A DNA stretch of 45,650 bases, filler included, from Sphacelaria rigidula (Eukaryota), in assembly GCA_964200075.2 (NCBI GenBank). It is 2 parts of 2 records of this genome, joined end to end, with 100 filler letters (N's around TTAATTAATTAA, not from the genome) between each part and the next. Parts side by side here need not be neighbours in the genome. Positions count along the whole stretch, not along the records: positions 1 to 22,783 come from CAXNAA020000309.1; positions 22,884 to 45,650 come from CAXNAA020000310.1. One strand, 5' to 3'. The position numbers were made by a program, and so were the translations under genes. Shown here in pieces: positions 22,150-33,013 of the stretch (its first letter is position 1; each line of letters opens with the position of its first letter). The notes under the pieces are model-generated. The model was not told the origin of the DNA. It ran no database searches and saw nothing but the letters and a program-made list of their open reading frames with translations.

Positions 22150-22712
22150 AGAGACACGAGAAAGCTGAACTGGCAGTATAGAGGAAGGATCACTCCAAGC
22201 AAGAGAATGACAGCCTTGCTTTGTTGATGAGGCTGTATGGAAGAAAGTTAAAAAAAAAAGAGGGCAGGTTGGAATAAAGTGGTATAACGTATTCAAGAGA
22301 GTTGAAGTGGATATCGTTACAGAGAGGGAAGCTAAGACGATATCATGTCCATGGTTGAATGTGGGGGGGGGTACGAAACAAGAAGCAAGATATACGATGG
22401 AAAAAAAAAGGAAAAGAACGCTAAAAAGGAATGTAAATGAGGAAGCGCACCTGAAGATATATGGGGGGTTTGAGAAAAAGGATAGGAATAAGAGCATACA
22501 AGATCTGTACGGCCCAGTGTACTTTGCAAAAAAGTCGAAACTATGATTTCGGGTGGCGGACCAGGACCCGGCAGGAAGACAAAATAAGCATGAGCACACC
22601 AGTAGTCGGGTGGGGGAAGAAGTGTATGTCAAAGATTGCTCCTGTGGCGAAGCAATGGAGGGTACTCATACAGTCGCTGAATGTGAAGTATACAAGGAGG
22701 AACAGGACGTCG
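22150..22712 (+). mobile_element. LINE family A internal/C-terminal fragment
   Basis: EEAHLKIYGG...GPVYFAKKSKL*FRVADQD...TSSRVGEEV..DCSCGEAMEGTHTVAECEVYKEEQDV is homologous to 2760-2905 (CLCGNALESRSHVVAECELYKEERDV). Confidence 0.8.
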
Positions 22713-22728
22713 TGGTGGGAGGGGGGGG

Positions 22729-22783
22729 CGTACTCATTTGTTGCTTGCCTTAGTCATTTGACCATTGACCACGCATCCCTTTC
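22729..22783 (-). mobile_element. LINE family A 3' tail at a G-run, cut by the assembly gap
   Basis: gggggggg|cgtactcatttgttgcttgccttagtcatttgaccattgaccacgcatccctttc is the reverse complement of the 3134-3188 tail. Confidence 0.85.
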
Positions 22784-22883
22784 NNNNNNNNNNNNNNNNN
22801 NNNNNNNNNNNNNNNNNNNNNNNNNNNTTAATTAATTAANNNNNNNNNNNNNNNNNNNNNNNNNNNNNNNNNNNNNNNNNNNN
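22784..22883. other. Assembly gap: artificial 100-bp spacer (44 N + TTAATTAATTAA + 44 N)
   Basis: Symmetric N blocks around a six-frame stop linker. Smaller N gaps at ~27399-27407 and ~30063-30072. Confidence 0.95.
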
Positions 22884-22997
22884 GTCATTCCAAGGTGTCA
22901 AATTCCAACTAGCTCTCTTTTAGGGCGTAAAACGACGTAAAAGCTCCAAAAAGACATTTTTCCGGGTTTTTATTCTTGTCTATTGTAAGAAGCGGCC
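22884..22997. mobile_element. Right end of a Harbinger-like MITE (family H) nested in a PB MITE
   Basis: caaggtgtca...ctagctctctttt...aaaacgac...tttttattctt...aagaagcggcc parallels 8830-8938; followed by TCA. Confidence 0.65.
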
Positions 22998-23032
22998 TCA
23001 ACAGAAGACTAACCTCGCGGTCTAAGGGTTAA
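22998..23032. mobile_element. Right end of a piggyBac-like MITE (family PB)
   Basis: tcaacagaagactaacctcgcggtctaaggg|TTAA, near-identical to the reverse complement of 367-401. Confidence 0.75.
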
Positions 23033-25739
23033 CCCCAACTCAAAGCAGATCGGGGACTACCACGCGAGGGGGGTGCATACGGTGCCCTCGGCAAGGTTTG
23101 CATTGGTGGGCACCCGGAATTGTGCGCCTGCAGAAGATCTAAATATGAAAATCTAAACTGAAACCAATTATTCTCCAACGGAAATTGTCGACCAGTTCGC
23201 CCAAGCTTCACTGCTAAAAAAGTACTACAAACAGTAACGGGAAAGAAGAGAAACCAGAGTTGTCGGCGGATCCACTCCACAAGCCACACGCTGGCTCACA
23301 TGCTGGCTCGAGCGTGAAGAAAAACACCTCAGGACACTGGACGTACCACATAAATATCCCGAGTGACCCAGAGTGAAATGAAATCCCTTCCCTCCTACTT
23401 GTGTTGCAAATTAAAATAAAATGTCGTATGATACAAGAACAATAAAGAAAAAGGGTAACGCTCAACAACAGTTACACATAAAAAATACGCAGAGCTACAG
23501 GATGACACGACGAAAATGATGAGGGGGTTGCGAAAGTTCGAAGACCCGGATTTCGTGGGACCCGAGGAACAGTCCCACCGACCCATCGGGAAAAATCGGA
23601 CGTACGAGGACACCGTATCCCGATTCGACAGGGCAGTGGGCTCCGTTAGCACAAATGCGACGCCAGCACAACCTGGAAACTATAACCATAATGAAAGCAA
23701 AATGATGATGATACAACCCTACATTCTCGAGAGATACTCCCTCCTCTGCACAGTACGGAAGCTGCTTCTACGGCTCTTCCTCGTTTCCCCCTTGCCGCAG
23801 CCCCCGAAGACCCAAATTCAGAACCATAACGTCCAACCCAGGACATACCAGATACGAAATAGTCGGGTAGTCACGTCAATAACGGTCGCATACCCCCACG
23901 AGGACTAGTGTCGGCCTCCTGTCATTCCTGCACCGTGGCACCTGGGACGAACGGCAACCTAGAAGGCCCGCTTGGTCGTAAAACCTCTTCGTCCGCTCCT
24001 GCATCCACGAACCACCCCCACTCGTCCACCTCACCACCTCCCCTGCACACGTCTTCCCTCTGGATCCCCGCTCCACCTGCTCGCATAGCCATTCCGCTCT
24101 GTGGTACGTTGCGAAAATGCAGGGCATCCGAACCCCCATCCGGTATCTTCAGATGGTTGGTCATAGCTACCTCGCCGGTGGTGTGGTGTCGCTGGTGTCG
24201 CTGGTGTTGCTGGTGTTGTGGGTGTGATCCCACGGCTCCATGTACGCCGTTCCATTGTCTTGGTTGCGCGTAGCCCGCCATAGCGTAGCCCCCCAAACCC
24301 CCTCCTCCCGCATCTGATGAATACTCGCTGCACTCCTCATCGTCAGTTTGGCCATGAAATGAATCCACGGTATGGATATCATGATCAGGGTGAACCCCTG
24401 CAACAACAGTTGTTTGGAGAGAGCACGCGCGGCTGAAGTAGGCCTCGATAGGCGGATGCGGCGCTGGGAGGGCAATCGAAGCCGTCCTTTTATCTGCGCC
24501 TCGCACTCCTTGGTTCTCTGCCTTACGCTTTCGCCTCAGGTGTACCAGGTGATGCGGGAGCGGGGCAGGCAAGACGGGCACCATGACCTGCTCGTCGCCC
24601 CTCGAATACCGGTTGAACGGTGATGAAACACAGAATAACTTGCCGGGTATACAACAGTAAATGGTTCTACATATTTTGTCAAACAGGAATTGCGAAAGTC
24701 GGGGGGAACACCAACATGCAGAAGCAAGGGAGGGGGGGGTGGCACGATGTGCAGCAACGTCGTTAGCGTCAAGTATGTGCGATGGGCATGGGGTATGATG
24801 GAGTATATCTTCGGAACGGTCACGGCCACAGTCCAGCACAACAGTTCAGTGCATGTTCAGACGTTCAGTTGATCGGAGCGAACCGTTACAGGTGTTATCT
24901 TTATATTAGTATTAGTATTGTGCCCTGTGGCAGTGGCAGGCGGGTAATTGCCATGTAATGTGCAGCAGTATGGCTGTCGAACCAGGGAAGAGCGATACAG
25001 CACGATACTGACATGGTGGGCTACAATCAGCTGTGGAAGCTCTTCAAGGACAGACACTTCTCGAATTGGGTTGACTGGACTTCACCTGATGAAATTACCC
25101 GGGTTTTGACTATCCCAAGATAACTACAAGCGTATACAGGACAAAACTACAGCACTATACAGACAGTAGCCGATCGTAATCTGCATATGCTCTCTGCAGA
25201 GAACAGCAAAAGAGGACAAAAAAAACATGAACACAGAGAGAGAACGACACATGCTGCACGACAGGACTCCCACCTGGTGATTTCTAATCGCAGTCAAGCG
25301 CTTTCGTCACAGCCACCGTGCCCGTCCTTGACCAGTTCACGCAGTTATGGTGACCCACTACACCCGGCTGGTTGCACTCAGCAAACTTCAGGTACCAGAT
25401 GGTATTGTCGGCGTGGAGTCTGTCAGGGGTGTTCGTTTCCAGACTGTTGGGCTCTTTGCTTGGAGTTGCACTGATAGGGGTGGAGACTTGCCAGAAATGG
25501 TTGTCAGAACCAATCAATCGTACAGAATAATATCTATTCATGTAGGGACGCAATCAGGTATATCCTGTACTACTCTAGTCCGTTTTCAGGTATACGGTGG
25601 GGTCCCGCATCCTTGTGACAGCACTTGCGTCATCCTTTTTGCGGCGCATCTTCTGCACAACCGAAACACCAACCTTCCACAACCATTATCACCGCCGATT
25701 GCCCCTATCGTGTAATATTCGACGACAACCCCGTGTCAG

Positions 25740-26230
25740 TAATGAATTCCGTGATGTCATCTGTGCTGAGACTTTCAGGTCGAAGATTCATTCACACGTC
25801 CAACAGCCTTCCGGCAGTTGGCGTGGACCAGGCTTTGCGAAATAGCCAAGTTGCGCAGGAGCAGTCGATTGATGGTCACCTCACGAAGGACAAAGATGAC
25901 GACAACGGGGTTCAGCTCGAGAGTGCCGCCCTCAAGAATGTTCGCGAGATCAAGGTTGTTCAGGAAGAAGACCCGCTCGTGTTTCAGAAGAGCCTGGGTG
26001 TCAGAGCGGACCAGATCACGGCGGCCCTCATGTGAGATGTTTCAAGATTTTAAATTTGGGTCAACAGTCAACACTCCCATACCGACGCGAATAAGGTTAC
26101 TTTCCCGAGTATTATTTGGCATGCTACAGACAATCAACTACAACTCTGAGCTTTCACGTCAGCTTTTTACGACAGGGCAGAACCTCACAGAGTGGATGCT
26201 AGGCTTGTGAGTTGGTTGTTGACAATGTTG
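25740..26230 (+). pseudogene. Possible Ty1/Copia gag (UBN2-like) relic, frameshifted
   Basis: Peptides SKIHSHVQQPSGSWR, LKNVREIKVVQEEDPLVF...ADQITAALM and NYNSELSRQLFTTGQNLT resemble Copia gag by eye; no LTR or pol seen. Confidence 0.35.
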
Positions 26231-26979
26231 TCGGACTACAGCCGCCGGGCGCCGGCTGTTCTCATCTGCCCTACTGCCCTGTCGATGGTACAAACACTGC
26301 CCGGTTGGGAAGGAGAAAGCCAAGAATGATCATGCAACACCTGTTCTCGGTATTCTTTGACGCCGGCTCGTTTGCTCTGGTTTCCGTCACGTTCTGGAGT
26401 GTGTTCACTCATCTCGTGGATCCAACGATCCCTTCGTGCGAATAGGCGAACTCCCACAGTACATCCCACGAGCTTTGTCCCGAAGTAGTGTAGTTCTGTA
26501 CTGTCCTGCTTTGCTGTAGAGATGGAGGGCTTGGCGTTGGGAATGATGAATTGCCGGCTGCGTCTTCGGCTAGTTTTGCGCGTCCTCATGACAGGTCGAT
26601 GTCATAGCTTCCGGTGATCCTACTCGTGTAGAGATAGGATAGGGTAGGACAGGTTACTGCTGTGCAGGACAGGACGGTTAACAGTCCGTTTACTGTAAGT
26701 TTTGAAATCTACAGTACAGTAGTACACGTCGGAGTTTTGCAGATCTGAAAGCCAAATATATTCTCGTTGAAACGTGAATCTGTTAGTGACCGGTGTAGTG
26801 CAGCACGAAGATGCTTTCAGTACTGCAATGCAATGTACGATTACCCCCGACGTCTATTGCAGGAGGTCAACCCATTCACCATCGTCACGAGTCATGTAGA
26901 TGTTCCGTTGTTTTCAAGTAAAACTGATGCCGATTCGATATGTGCCCCCACCCCGTTGAACGTGTCGATGAAAAGCAGA

Positions 26980-27192
26980 CTGCGTCGCGTAGACGAAAAC
27001 GGCACGCAGTCGATGACGCCGTGACGCTGGACGTCCGAAAGTGGCGACATGTCTTGAAAGAAAAATGAACTCGTCAACTAAACGCAGTATGTGTCGCGTA
27101 GATGAAGTACTGCGCTCAGCAAATGACACGTGACACCATGACGCTAAAAGTCCAAAAGTGGCGACATGTTGCTGACTTGAAAGAAAAATGAA
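26980..27192. repeat. Two-unit imperfect tandem repeat (~110 bp)
   Basis: gtcgcgtaga(c/t)gaa...tgacgct...gtcc(g/a)aaagtggcgacatgt...cttgaaagaaaaatgaa occurs twice. Confidence 0.75.
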
Positions 27193-27220
27193 GCACCGCG
27201 TGCTCCGTCGCTTTCCCCAT

Positions 27221-27480
27221 GGTGAGACACCCATGAGGCAGTGTACGAGCCGTGGCTGTCTCTGGAAGTAGCGATACCAGAAAATAAAGCAACTCATTGT
27301 AGGTTGTCATTCAATAATATGCAAGATAATCAGTCGGCTTCGGGCCGAACAATCTTAGCAGGATGCAGCTCACCCTTCATGCAACTCGCCGAACACACNN
27401 NNNNNNNCGTGCTCCGTCCCGGCTTTGCAGGAATGCGAGGTCAATGGTCTTATGACTACGGCATGCATGATCATGAGTAC
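27221..27480 (+). mobile_element. Family B element copy 3 (3' part, contains an N gap)
   Basis: Collinear with 4556-4862 and 15830-16130; ends catgagtac but has no C-run. Confidence 0.8.
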
Positions 27481-27677
27481 ACGAGTACCTTCAAATTTTG
27501 TCCCACGTATATGCCTTGTATCGGCTGCTGCACTACTGTCGTACTGCTGTACCATCAGGACAGGAATCACAAGCGCGTCAAAGATGTTGATCACCGCACT
27601 ACGCCTGCTCCTCCCCTCGCCCCCGTCCGTTGTCCCCCGTCCCTCGCATCGCAATGTACGCTGATTGATCTCTACAG

Positions 27678-27831
27678 CGAGCTGAAACCCAGGCTAGCGG
27701 CGCTCAAGGACCCCGAGGCTAGAAAGGAGGTGGAGCTTCACGTGCGGGATTTGGCTCGCCGGGGTCACTTGATTTCCGAGGCGAAGCGGAAACTTGACGC
27801 CATCCTTCGTGAGCGGGGTGAATCTTGGTAG
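27678..27831 (+). CDS. Terminal coding exon, probably sulfotransferase exon 6
   Basis: Pyrimidine-rich tract, CTGAT branch-like site and TACAG acceptor; phase 2 matches exon 5 (TC|C = Ser); ELKPRLAALKDPEARKEVELHVRDLARRGHLISEAKRKLDAILRERGESW*. It lies beyond the assembly gap, so linkage is inferred. Confidence 0.5.
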
Positions 27832-30800
27832 CTTCATTGTATTCAGCTGTACCCTACTGTACTCTACCGTTGTAGCGATGTGAAGTGAAACGGTCGTCGC
27901 CGTGTCTTACTGTACAGTCTGAATCATTGTTCGGGTCGTGGCTCAGCCGTGGGTTGGTGCGGTGCTCAAGCATTTTGCCTCCATAGGTGTAGGCGTCATT
28001 GCCGACTCATGAGGTGTTACTTGAATGTATTTATTCCCTTTTCCTACTCTGTACTCTTTTTTTGGATATGCAGAAGCAGCTCTTCTTTGAAAGCTGCTCC
28101 GTGCAAGCTTTGTACAACGTTTTCGGCTGGGGCTACACTGTCATGTTCCTGGACGGTTGCGGGGGAGAGGGGGGGAGGTTCGTGAGTAATTTGGGGGGAT
28201 ATTGTGAGTTCGATGGCATGCAGTCCCGTGAAAGTTTGCAAGACAAACCGAGTAAAGATAAGCATGTTTTTTTCGCTTGCAACGGTGTACTTCTCGTGTT
28301 GATTGTGGGAATACATGCAGGATGGGAGTGAAACCACCGAACCACCTCCAGAAGGTCTTCGTCTTGTATGATGAAATGTAAGATTTACAAAAATATATAC
28401 TGAAGCATATAATATTATAGCCACGTGCGAAGCTGAGAAGTAGGATCGTAATTCATCATGTGGTGCACATTTTCTGCTTCATAAAAAGGTCCCCGGCTAG
28501 ACAGCGCCAGAAATGGAGGGAAAATATACGTCCCCAAGAGACTTGTAAAAATCTTGAACTTCTACGAGTGAAACTGTGAAATGTGTCTCTGGTGTTTCTA
28601 GTTTTACGATAGAGAGAAACCAATGTATGCCATCAACTGGCAGTAGGGGGAAGCACTGGTATTTGAGCAGGACACAAGTGCTCGACCAACAGAAGAGGAG
28701 CTCGAGAGGGGGTTGCTGATATGCAAGTATGAACTGTCGGGGGATCCCATACAGGGAGGGAAGCAGGGAGTGAGGGGGTAGATACAAAGTAAATAAAGAT
28801 GAAAGTTTCCAGGGGGATATTTTATGCGATATCCAAAGCAATGTAGAGGCGTTAGATTTGAGACACCGAGAGGCGTGTAAAGGAGTGTTCGGCGCTGTCG
28901 TGGCGACTGAGTGAACACTATGTACTGACTCGCACTGAGGGTGTAGAGAGGGTGTTGCCAGAGAGGAATGGAGTATGCGGGCACTTGATTTTTGTAATGT
29001 CGACATACAGTACAGTATATATCTTCGTGGGGTTGTTATTTTTTACCCCTAATATTCTGTCTTTTTGTGCCACGGCTTTGTGACCGCAGGGGTTGGACTC
29101 TCTGGAAAGGAGCTTGTCACGTATTTGATGAACAAATATGAAATTTGCGAGATCGGCTGGTAGGTCTAGAGATGTCGAGATTACGAACATCGTGGACTCG
29201 GCTAGTAGAGCTGATGGCTGGCGTGCGAACGTGTGTGTTCCACTAACATGGACCAGATGAAGAAGTCGCAAGCTGCAGCCAAGACCCATCGGGTATTTGT
29301 TTCGGCAACGGTCCACCGGTGCTAGGCCATGCCAGTTTTCAAGCGCGGTAGATTCTGAATCTCAGGTCTGAAGGCAAGGTCGTGTGTGAGTAGTTCGTAC
29401 TGGTACGCTCTGTTCGATTTGTGTTGCATGTTGGAAACAGTATTAACGTATCCTTGTGCAGGAATGAGGATGCGAACACTAAACAACGATGCTCCGCCGA
29501 TGTGCGGCTTTGTACGGTTGCACAAGAACCCTGTGGGCGCCAAAAAAAATGCCGCAAACACCGGTCACTGGTATGTGATTGGGCGCCAGTTAGGCTCACG
29601 CCGCCGTCACGTTTTGATGTACATGATCAACGGTACTCTTCGAATTCACCTTTTGAATACAAGAGGTCTTGAAACAAGGTCCTGCGTAGTTGGTGATATG
29701 CGTTCATCACGGAGCGACTCGAGCTTCTGTACCACTCGAGCGTGTGTGCTCACCATTCGTGCAATCATACTGGACTTGGGCGAAGTGTAGCTCTACGGCA
29801 GTGAATCATGTGCTGGAGTTTATTTGCCACTTTTTCTATTTGGACGCCCTCACCAAGATTGCCTGTACTGCACTCCGAGTCGTTTTTCCGTAAATAACTT
29901 GACTTCGTACATACATGTGTAGCCACACAAAACACTACGATTTTATTTTTACCTACCTCTATTATCTCGCATACCACTGACATCTCGGGGGTGAGCAATG
30001 CTACGGTAGGGGTGCACTTTTTTCGCGAAATTTTGTCCGGTTCAGGGGCTCCTTACGATTCTNNNNNNNNNNTGGAATAGTAATCCTGGCGTACTTTCGC
30101 ATATTTTCATGAGTCGTGTTTTCCATGAGACAAAGGGCTTCTAACAATTCTAGCCTCAGAAAGCATTTGTGTACCCCTACCGTAGCATCACTCGGGTGCG
30201 AATCCTAAACCGTGTGAATATACGAAGTAGTAGTGGATTCACGCTTGGCCGATCGCCTGAGTGGTGCCATGGTGAGGGTGCACAAAGCATGACATAATTT
30301 CTTTGGTTTTGATTATTGTTAAAAGGCTTTTCATTTAATAAAAAAATGACAAGTGAATGATGTGCGAGCACGCCATGATTATAGCATTCCAATGGGCTAG
30401 GGATATATAGAACAAGTGATTTTGGAACCGGAATACCTGGACCCGTATTATCAAGTACTTATTGCCTAACCTCGAGAGCCCCTCGATGAGAAACATCGGA
30501 GCCCAAGTATGCAACCCCTGCCGTTGCATGCCTCAGACGCGAGGAATGCGGACGATCAAATCCGACCACCTTGAACGCCGAACGTATCTTCAAGGTCATG
30601 AGCAGGCGATCCTGAAAAATGGAATGCATTTTCAGGATTGCCTGTTCATCGATTATCCATTCTTCAGGATCGCTTGTTCATTGATAGTGTCAATTTTAGT
30701 GTCCTTCCATTTTTCCATCTCGAAACCCACGTCCCCGTACAAGATAGTTCAGTGTGGGTTTACTATTTCCTAAGTTGCATACCCACGCGCCCTGTACGAA

Positions 30801-32072
30801 ATTTGTACATGCTTCAAGTTACAGGTAGCAGCAGAGCTCTCACCGACGCCACGACGCCGCTAGCTACTAATACTAATAGCACCCAGGACTGTCGGCCCTC
30901 GACAGATGCGACTACGAGAGTCCACGCCTACACACTAAAACCACAACCCGACAGTGGAGCACACTTCAGCCATCAGTCATCGACTTCTGTTGTGGGGTTG
31001 TTTGCAAATAATTACTCTGCTGCATAAAACTTGAACGCGAAAGCAACTTGGATGAGGATCCTGTCTGCAACGTACACGTAATTGAGCTTACCCGTCGACA
31101 ACTAGTACGGATACGTCTCACCGAGTTCTTCATGAGTAATAACATGCGGCAAATATAAAGTCCTGATGGGTCCATTCATGTCTTTGTTTCGAGATCCCTT
31201 ACCTTCTGACCCGAAGAATTTAGGACCAAACAGGCTGCACTTTCTCAGGGAAAAACGCGGCACGAAACAGAATGCCTGTGCGGGGGTGTCCTATGGGGCG
31301 CGCATTTCACCCGCCACACACTCAATCCTGCTTCACACATTCGCTCATTCAAGGAACTGGGGGAAGATCGGTGACGAACCCTACTCTGCCGAGCTATTTC
31401 ACACAGTCACTAACCCACCACTATGACTGTCCCAAACTGATTTGTGTACCAGTGCACAGATACAGTCTACCAGAAGGTTGAATCAAAACCTTTAGGCTGC
31501 ACAGCTCGTCATCGTGACGATGAATTGGGCAAACTCCTCACAATATCACAACGTAACACAGTCAACATGAATACTCCTCGACCAAAGAGCGCTAATTTAC
31601 AAGAGCTCGTACCAATCCCTCCATATTGCCATGTGCGGATCCTTGTCTTGGTGCACGCACGAAACACAAACAAACACCAACACGGTCACACATCTAACAG
31701 CTTTTTTTTCATGGACACTGCTGGAAACTTACTGCTTTACATCACGGTCTCGACTTGATATTTCGTGGGCTGGATTCATGTGCGAGTCCGGCGCGACGTG
31801 GCACCCCCGTACACAAAAAACACAACGTGCGACACACACCCGGCAGAATCGAAACGTCTAGTATTTCACCAAGAATATTAGTACTGGCACACTCTCAACG
31901 ACGACGCCCTCACGTCCCCATTCAAGAAAGGTAAAGTAAAGCACAAAAATCAAGAGAGAAAATAGCCCTCGTCATCTCTTTTCTGGCGACGAGCGCACGC
32001 GGATGAACACAACACTGAACGCCACCACACGCCCCGCTACGAACCCAACGCCCTAATAACGACGTCGGCGAC

Positions 32073-32605
32073 TCAACACCCATTCGGTACCCCCAGTACA
32101 AAGCCCGCAGTCCCTTCACAGTTCCCACTCAAGGTTAAGGCAGGCCCTCCGGTCCCTGTATATGGCCCTCGCCCGTTGGACGATAACGTCGAATCTCCAT
32201 TCGCAACTGCTGGGCCTCCATTTCCTACACCTCCACTTTCCACCGGAGGCCCTCCGGCACCCCCCGCATCCCCATCCTCGTCGACTTTCTTCGCAACAGC
32301 CCTTGGCGCTTCCGAGCCATGTGGTGGTGGTTTGGAAGAACGAGCAGCAGCAGCGCAAGACCCCGCCTGTCCACGGAGGTCTGATCCTTTCTGGCGCGTG
32401 AGGATGGTCCACCCAAGGTAAGCCAAGATGGATGCGAGCACCATCGCCGACAGCATTCGCATCGCCGCCCTCTGGCAGTCAGATGCGTCCGCTGGCCACC
32501 ATGCTGATCCTCCTCGCGCCTCTATTGGCAATGGCGGCGCTTTTCCGAGGCCAGCGCTATCGGTTGCTTCACTACCTTTCATGAGGAATGCGCACGGCCG
32601 ATCGC
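32073..32605 (-). CDS. START-domain protein, last exon (transmembrane helix and low-complexity tail)
   Basis: CACAG|GC acceptor, phase 1 matching the preceding exon; (G)DRPCAFL...AAMRMLSAMVLASILAYLGWTILTRQK...GVPNGC*. Confidence 0.7.
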
Positions 32606-32991
32606 CTGTGGATACGTAACACGGAGGGTGGGAGAGCGATGGAGCATGACAGGAGAGAGGATCAGCAGGGTACATCATGCTCATCAAGCTGAGCTCCACC
32701 AGCACGGGCGTTGGATTCCAACGACTTTGCGCAGTAAAGTTGGGCGCAACATTCGCATACATAAACGTGCGGAAATGACGGCGAACACGACGGTGGATTA
32801 CTGTACCATCATGACTGGGAGCGCAGGCAGCACTGTGTCTATCGCAATGCCAGGAAAAGCCGATCGAAAACAACACCCATCATCTTCGAAATATGAGAAT
32901 CGGTATTTGAATCGGGACGGGGTACCAACGGGTACGGCGTGTCGTTCGATCGCTGCTTGTCGAAAATGGCGCAGGGAGAGCGAGCACCTAA

Positions 32992-33013
32992 ACACACACA
33001 CACACACACACAC
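32992..33013. repeat. (AC)n microsatellite
   Basis: Directly visible. Confidence 0.85.

Noticed and set aside
22828-22839. TTAATTAATTAA as a biological motif or piggyBac target
   Set aside because: It is centred in a symmetric 100-bp N spacer and is an assembly linker
25846-26035. Alternative last exon for the sulfotransferase
   Set aside because: No good pyrimidine tract, and the peptide looks more like Copia gag; 27678-27831 has the better acceptor
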